Shown here: positions 63,091 through 64,000 of the stretch, piece by piece | Layout of the letters: every line of letters begins with the position of its first letter | Position numbering within the stretch: position 1 is the first letter of the stretch | IMG/VR virus record: IMGVR_UViG_3300035047_000215 | Reading direction: 5' to 3' (one strand) | Source of the DNA: a virus | DNA length: 64,000 nt | The notes under the pieces: model-generated | Told to the model about the DNA's origin: nothing | The model's input: only the letters and a program-made list of their open reading frames with translations | The model's database searches: none | Position numbers and translations under genes: made by a program

Positions 63091-63414
63091 TTATGCCTCC
63101 ACGCGGTATCTGTTAGCAGCTGCAAGGGATTTATCAGCCAGGGCCATATCACGGCGCCAGGCGGCCTCTGCCATGCCATAGTCGCATTCCTCACACACGT
63201 TACCCGGATTATCTGTCGGGTACTCACCACACCTGGGACACATCACAAAAAAATCCCCCGGCTTGTACCCTTTTGACAACGGAACATTGTACCCGTCGCA
63301 TTGGACAAAGGTCTGTCCTTTGCTGTCCTGGATCACATAATAGCTGTTACTTCTCCAGCATACCCGATGCCCAGCAGCAACGGCGGTTTTCACTTCGTCG
63401 ATAGTATTAAACAT
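63091..63414 (-). CDS. Cys-containing hypothetical protein
   Basis: 107 aa from ATG 63414 (ATGTTTAA overlap with the upstream stop). CPRCG..CEEC motif. Confidence 0.55.
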   Translation of the reverse strand: MFNTIDEVKTAVAAGHRVCWRSNSYYVIQDSKGQTFVQCDGYNVPLSKGYKPGDFFVMCPRCGEYPTDNPGNVCEECDYGMAEAAWRRDMALADKSLAAANRYRVEA

Positions 63415-63655
63415 GTGACACCTTCCTTTTTGCGGACTCAAAAGCCCGGTGAACTTCATTGTCATAGCCTTGCGCCTGGGCCTCAATGTCTGCCAACTCT
63501 GTGCCGATGCCCAGGACCAGGAAAAACATCTGGTCCGCATTGTATGAACAATGGCTTTCGATCCATTCCCTTAATGCGGCCGGGTCCCCGGCTGATACTC
63601 CGTCTTTGTACGCGGCAGCAGCGGCCGCCCGGTAAAGTAAATCCAGTTTTGTCAT
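63407..63655 (-). CDS. Small acidic hypothetical protein
   Basis: 82 aa from ATG 63655 with a GGAGG RBS. Confidence 0.55.
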   Translation of the reverse strand: MTKLDLLYRAAAAAAYKDGVSAGDPAALREWIESHCSYNADQMFFLVLGIGTELADIEAQAQGYDNEVHRAFESAKRKVSHV

Positions 63656-63656
63656 G

Positions 63657-63839
63657 TTACCTCCCACACATTTCACATGTTTGTTGATAATCTGCAATTT
63701 CCCAAACGTCTGATTGCAGGTACTTGTCCGCGCATTCGTCACACAGGCAAACGATTTCCCCGGCGGGAAAATGGATGCTGAGAGACTGACCAGCGGGGCC
63801 GTCTCCCGTGTGCCAGTTATAAAGTTTGTGAGCTACCAT
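63657..63839 (-). CDS. Small Cys-containing hypothetical protein
   Basis: 60 aa with an AGGAGGA RBS upstream. Confidence 0.5.
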   Translation of the reverse strand: MVAHKLYNWHTGDGPAGQSLSIHFPAGEIVCLCDECADKYLQSDVWEIADYQQTCEMCGR

Positions 63840-63876
63840 GTGCTGTCCTCCTGTTTGGGTTTGTGGGCCATGCCCG

Positions 63877-64000
63877 TTATTTGATAATAAAGTATATCAT
63901 GATTATCAATATGGCAAGAAAAAAATGCAGGTTTTTTAAAAAAAGTTTCGTTTGGGTGGATTTGGGTACCATTTGGGTACCGTTTTGGTCGCTCATGGGC
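63877..64000 (-). CDS. Possible small tail-anchored membrane protein (may start beyond the window edge)
   Basis: Open frame ..MSDQNGTQMVPKSTQTKLFLKNLHFFLAILIIMIYFIIK* read on the minus strand. This AT-rich region could instead be non-coding regulatory DNA. Confidence 0.3.
   Translation of the reverse strand, partial: PMSDQNGTQMVPKSTQTKLFLKNLHFFLAILIIMIYFIIK

Larger units (their letters stand above)
1..64000. mobile_element. Temperate tailed-phage genome segment in non-integrated (vegetative/circular) gene order; both window edges fall inside phage genes
   Basis: Uninterrupted packaging, head, tail, lysis, integration, recombination, immunity and replication modules. The int/attP-like region is internal and has phage genes on both sides. 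Confidence 0.85.

Noticed and set aside
1-64000. CRISPR arrays, rRNA genes, IS elements or transposase genes, and prophage-host junctions
   Set aside because: I saw no regularly spaced short repeats, rRNA-like sequence, transposase-like ORF or terminal inverted repeats. Gene content is phage-like up to both window edges, so no attL/attR junction can be placed.

Overview
Nearly the whole 64-kb window is one densely packed genome segment of a temperate tailed phage. GC is roughly 50-55% with a few AT-rich islands, and many genes share ATGA/TGATG/GTGA start-stop overlaps. Gene order is lambda-like, and the phage does not appear to be integrated through its own attachment site. In order: terS (partial) and terL (1-1668); portal, scaffold and major capsid (3443-7335); about 18 kb of mostly unrecognisable virion/tail genes, including a collagen-repeat fibre and a LamG-type receptor-binding candidate (7426-25984); one uninterrupted 16-kb ORF encoding a ~5,350-aa multi-enzyme protein (25996-42057); a lysis cassette (42054-43494); a bidirectional terminator plus a repeat-flanked attP-like region carrying the 5' two-thirds of a tRNA-Pro(UGG) (43680-43915); integrase, excisionase-like gene and a long leftward early operon with an SF2 helicase and SbcC/SbcD-like proteins (43854-52951); an immunity switch (53125-54361); a rightward replication operon with an O-like initiator containing iterons, DnaB, a RuvC-like resolvase, SSB and MazG (54424-61781); and a convergent minus-strand cluster of small acidic ORFs ending in an RHH gene (61911-64000). 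I saw no rRNA, intact tRNA, CRISPR array or transposon. The stand-out object is the giant ORF. Reading its translation directly gives, in order: a glycine-zipper hydrophobic N-terminus, an N6-adenine methyltransferase (EPSAGNG/NPPF), an SNF2/strawberry-notch-type helicase, two HExxH zincin motifs, an ADP-ribosyltransferase-like segment, a ComF-type phosphoribosyltransferase, and about 1,200 residues with no motif I can name. Its position (last gene of the virion operon, just before lysis) suggests a packaged, injected counter-defence protein resembling P1 DarB but far larger. All functional calls rest on motifs read by eye and on gene context. No database search was run.
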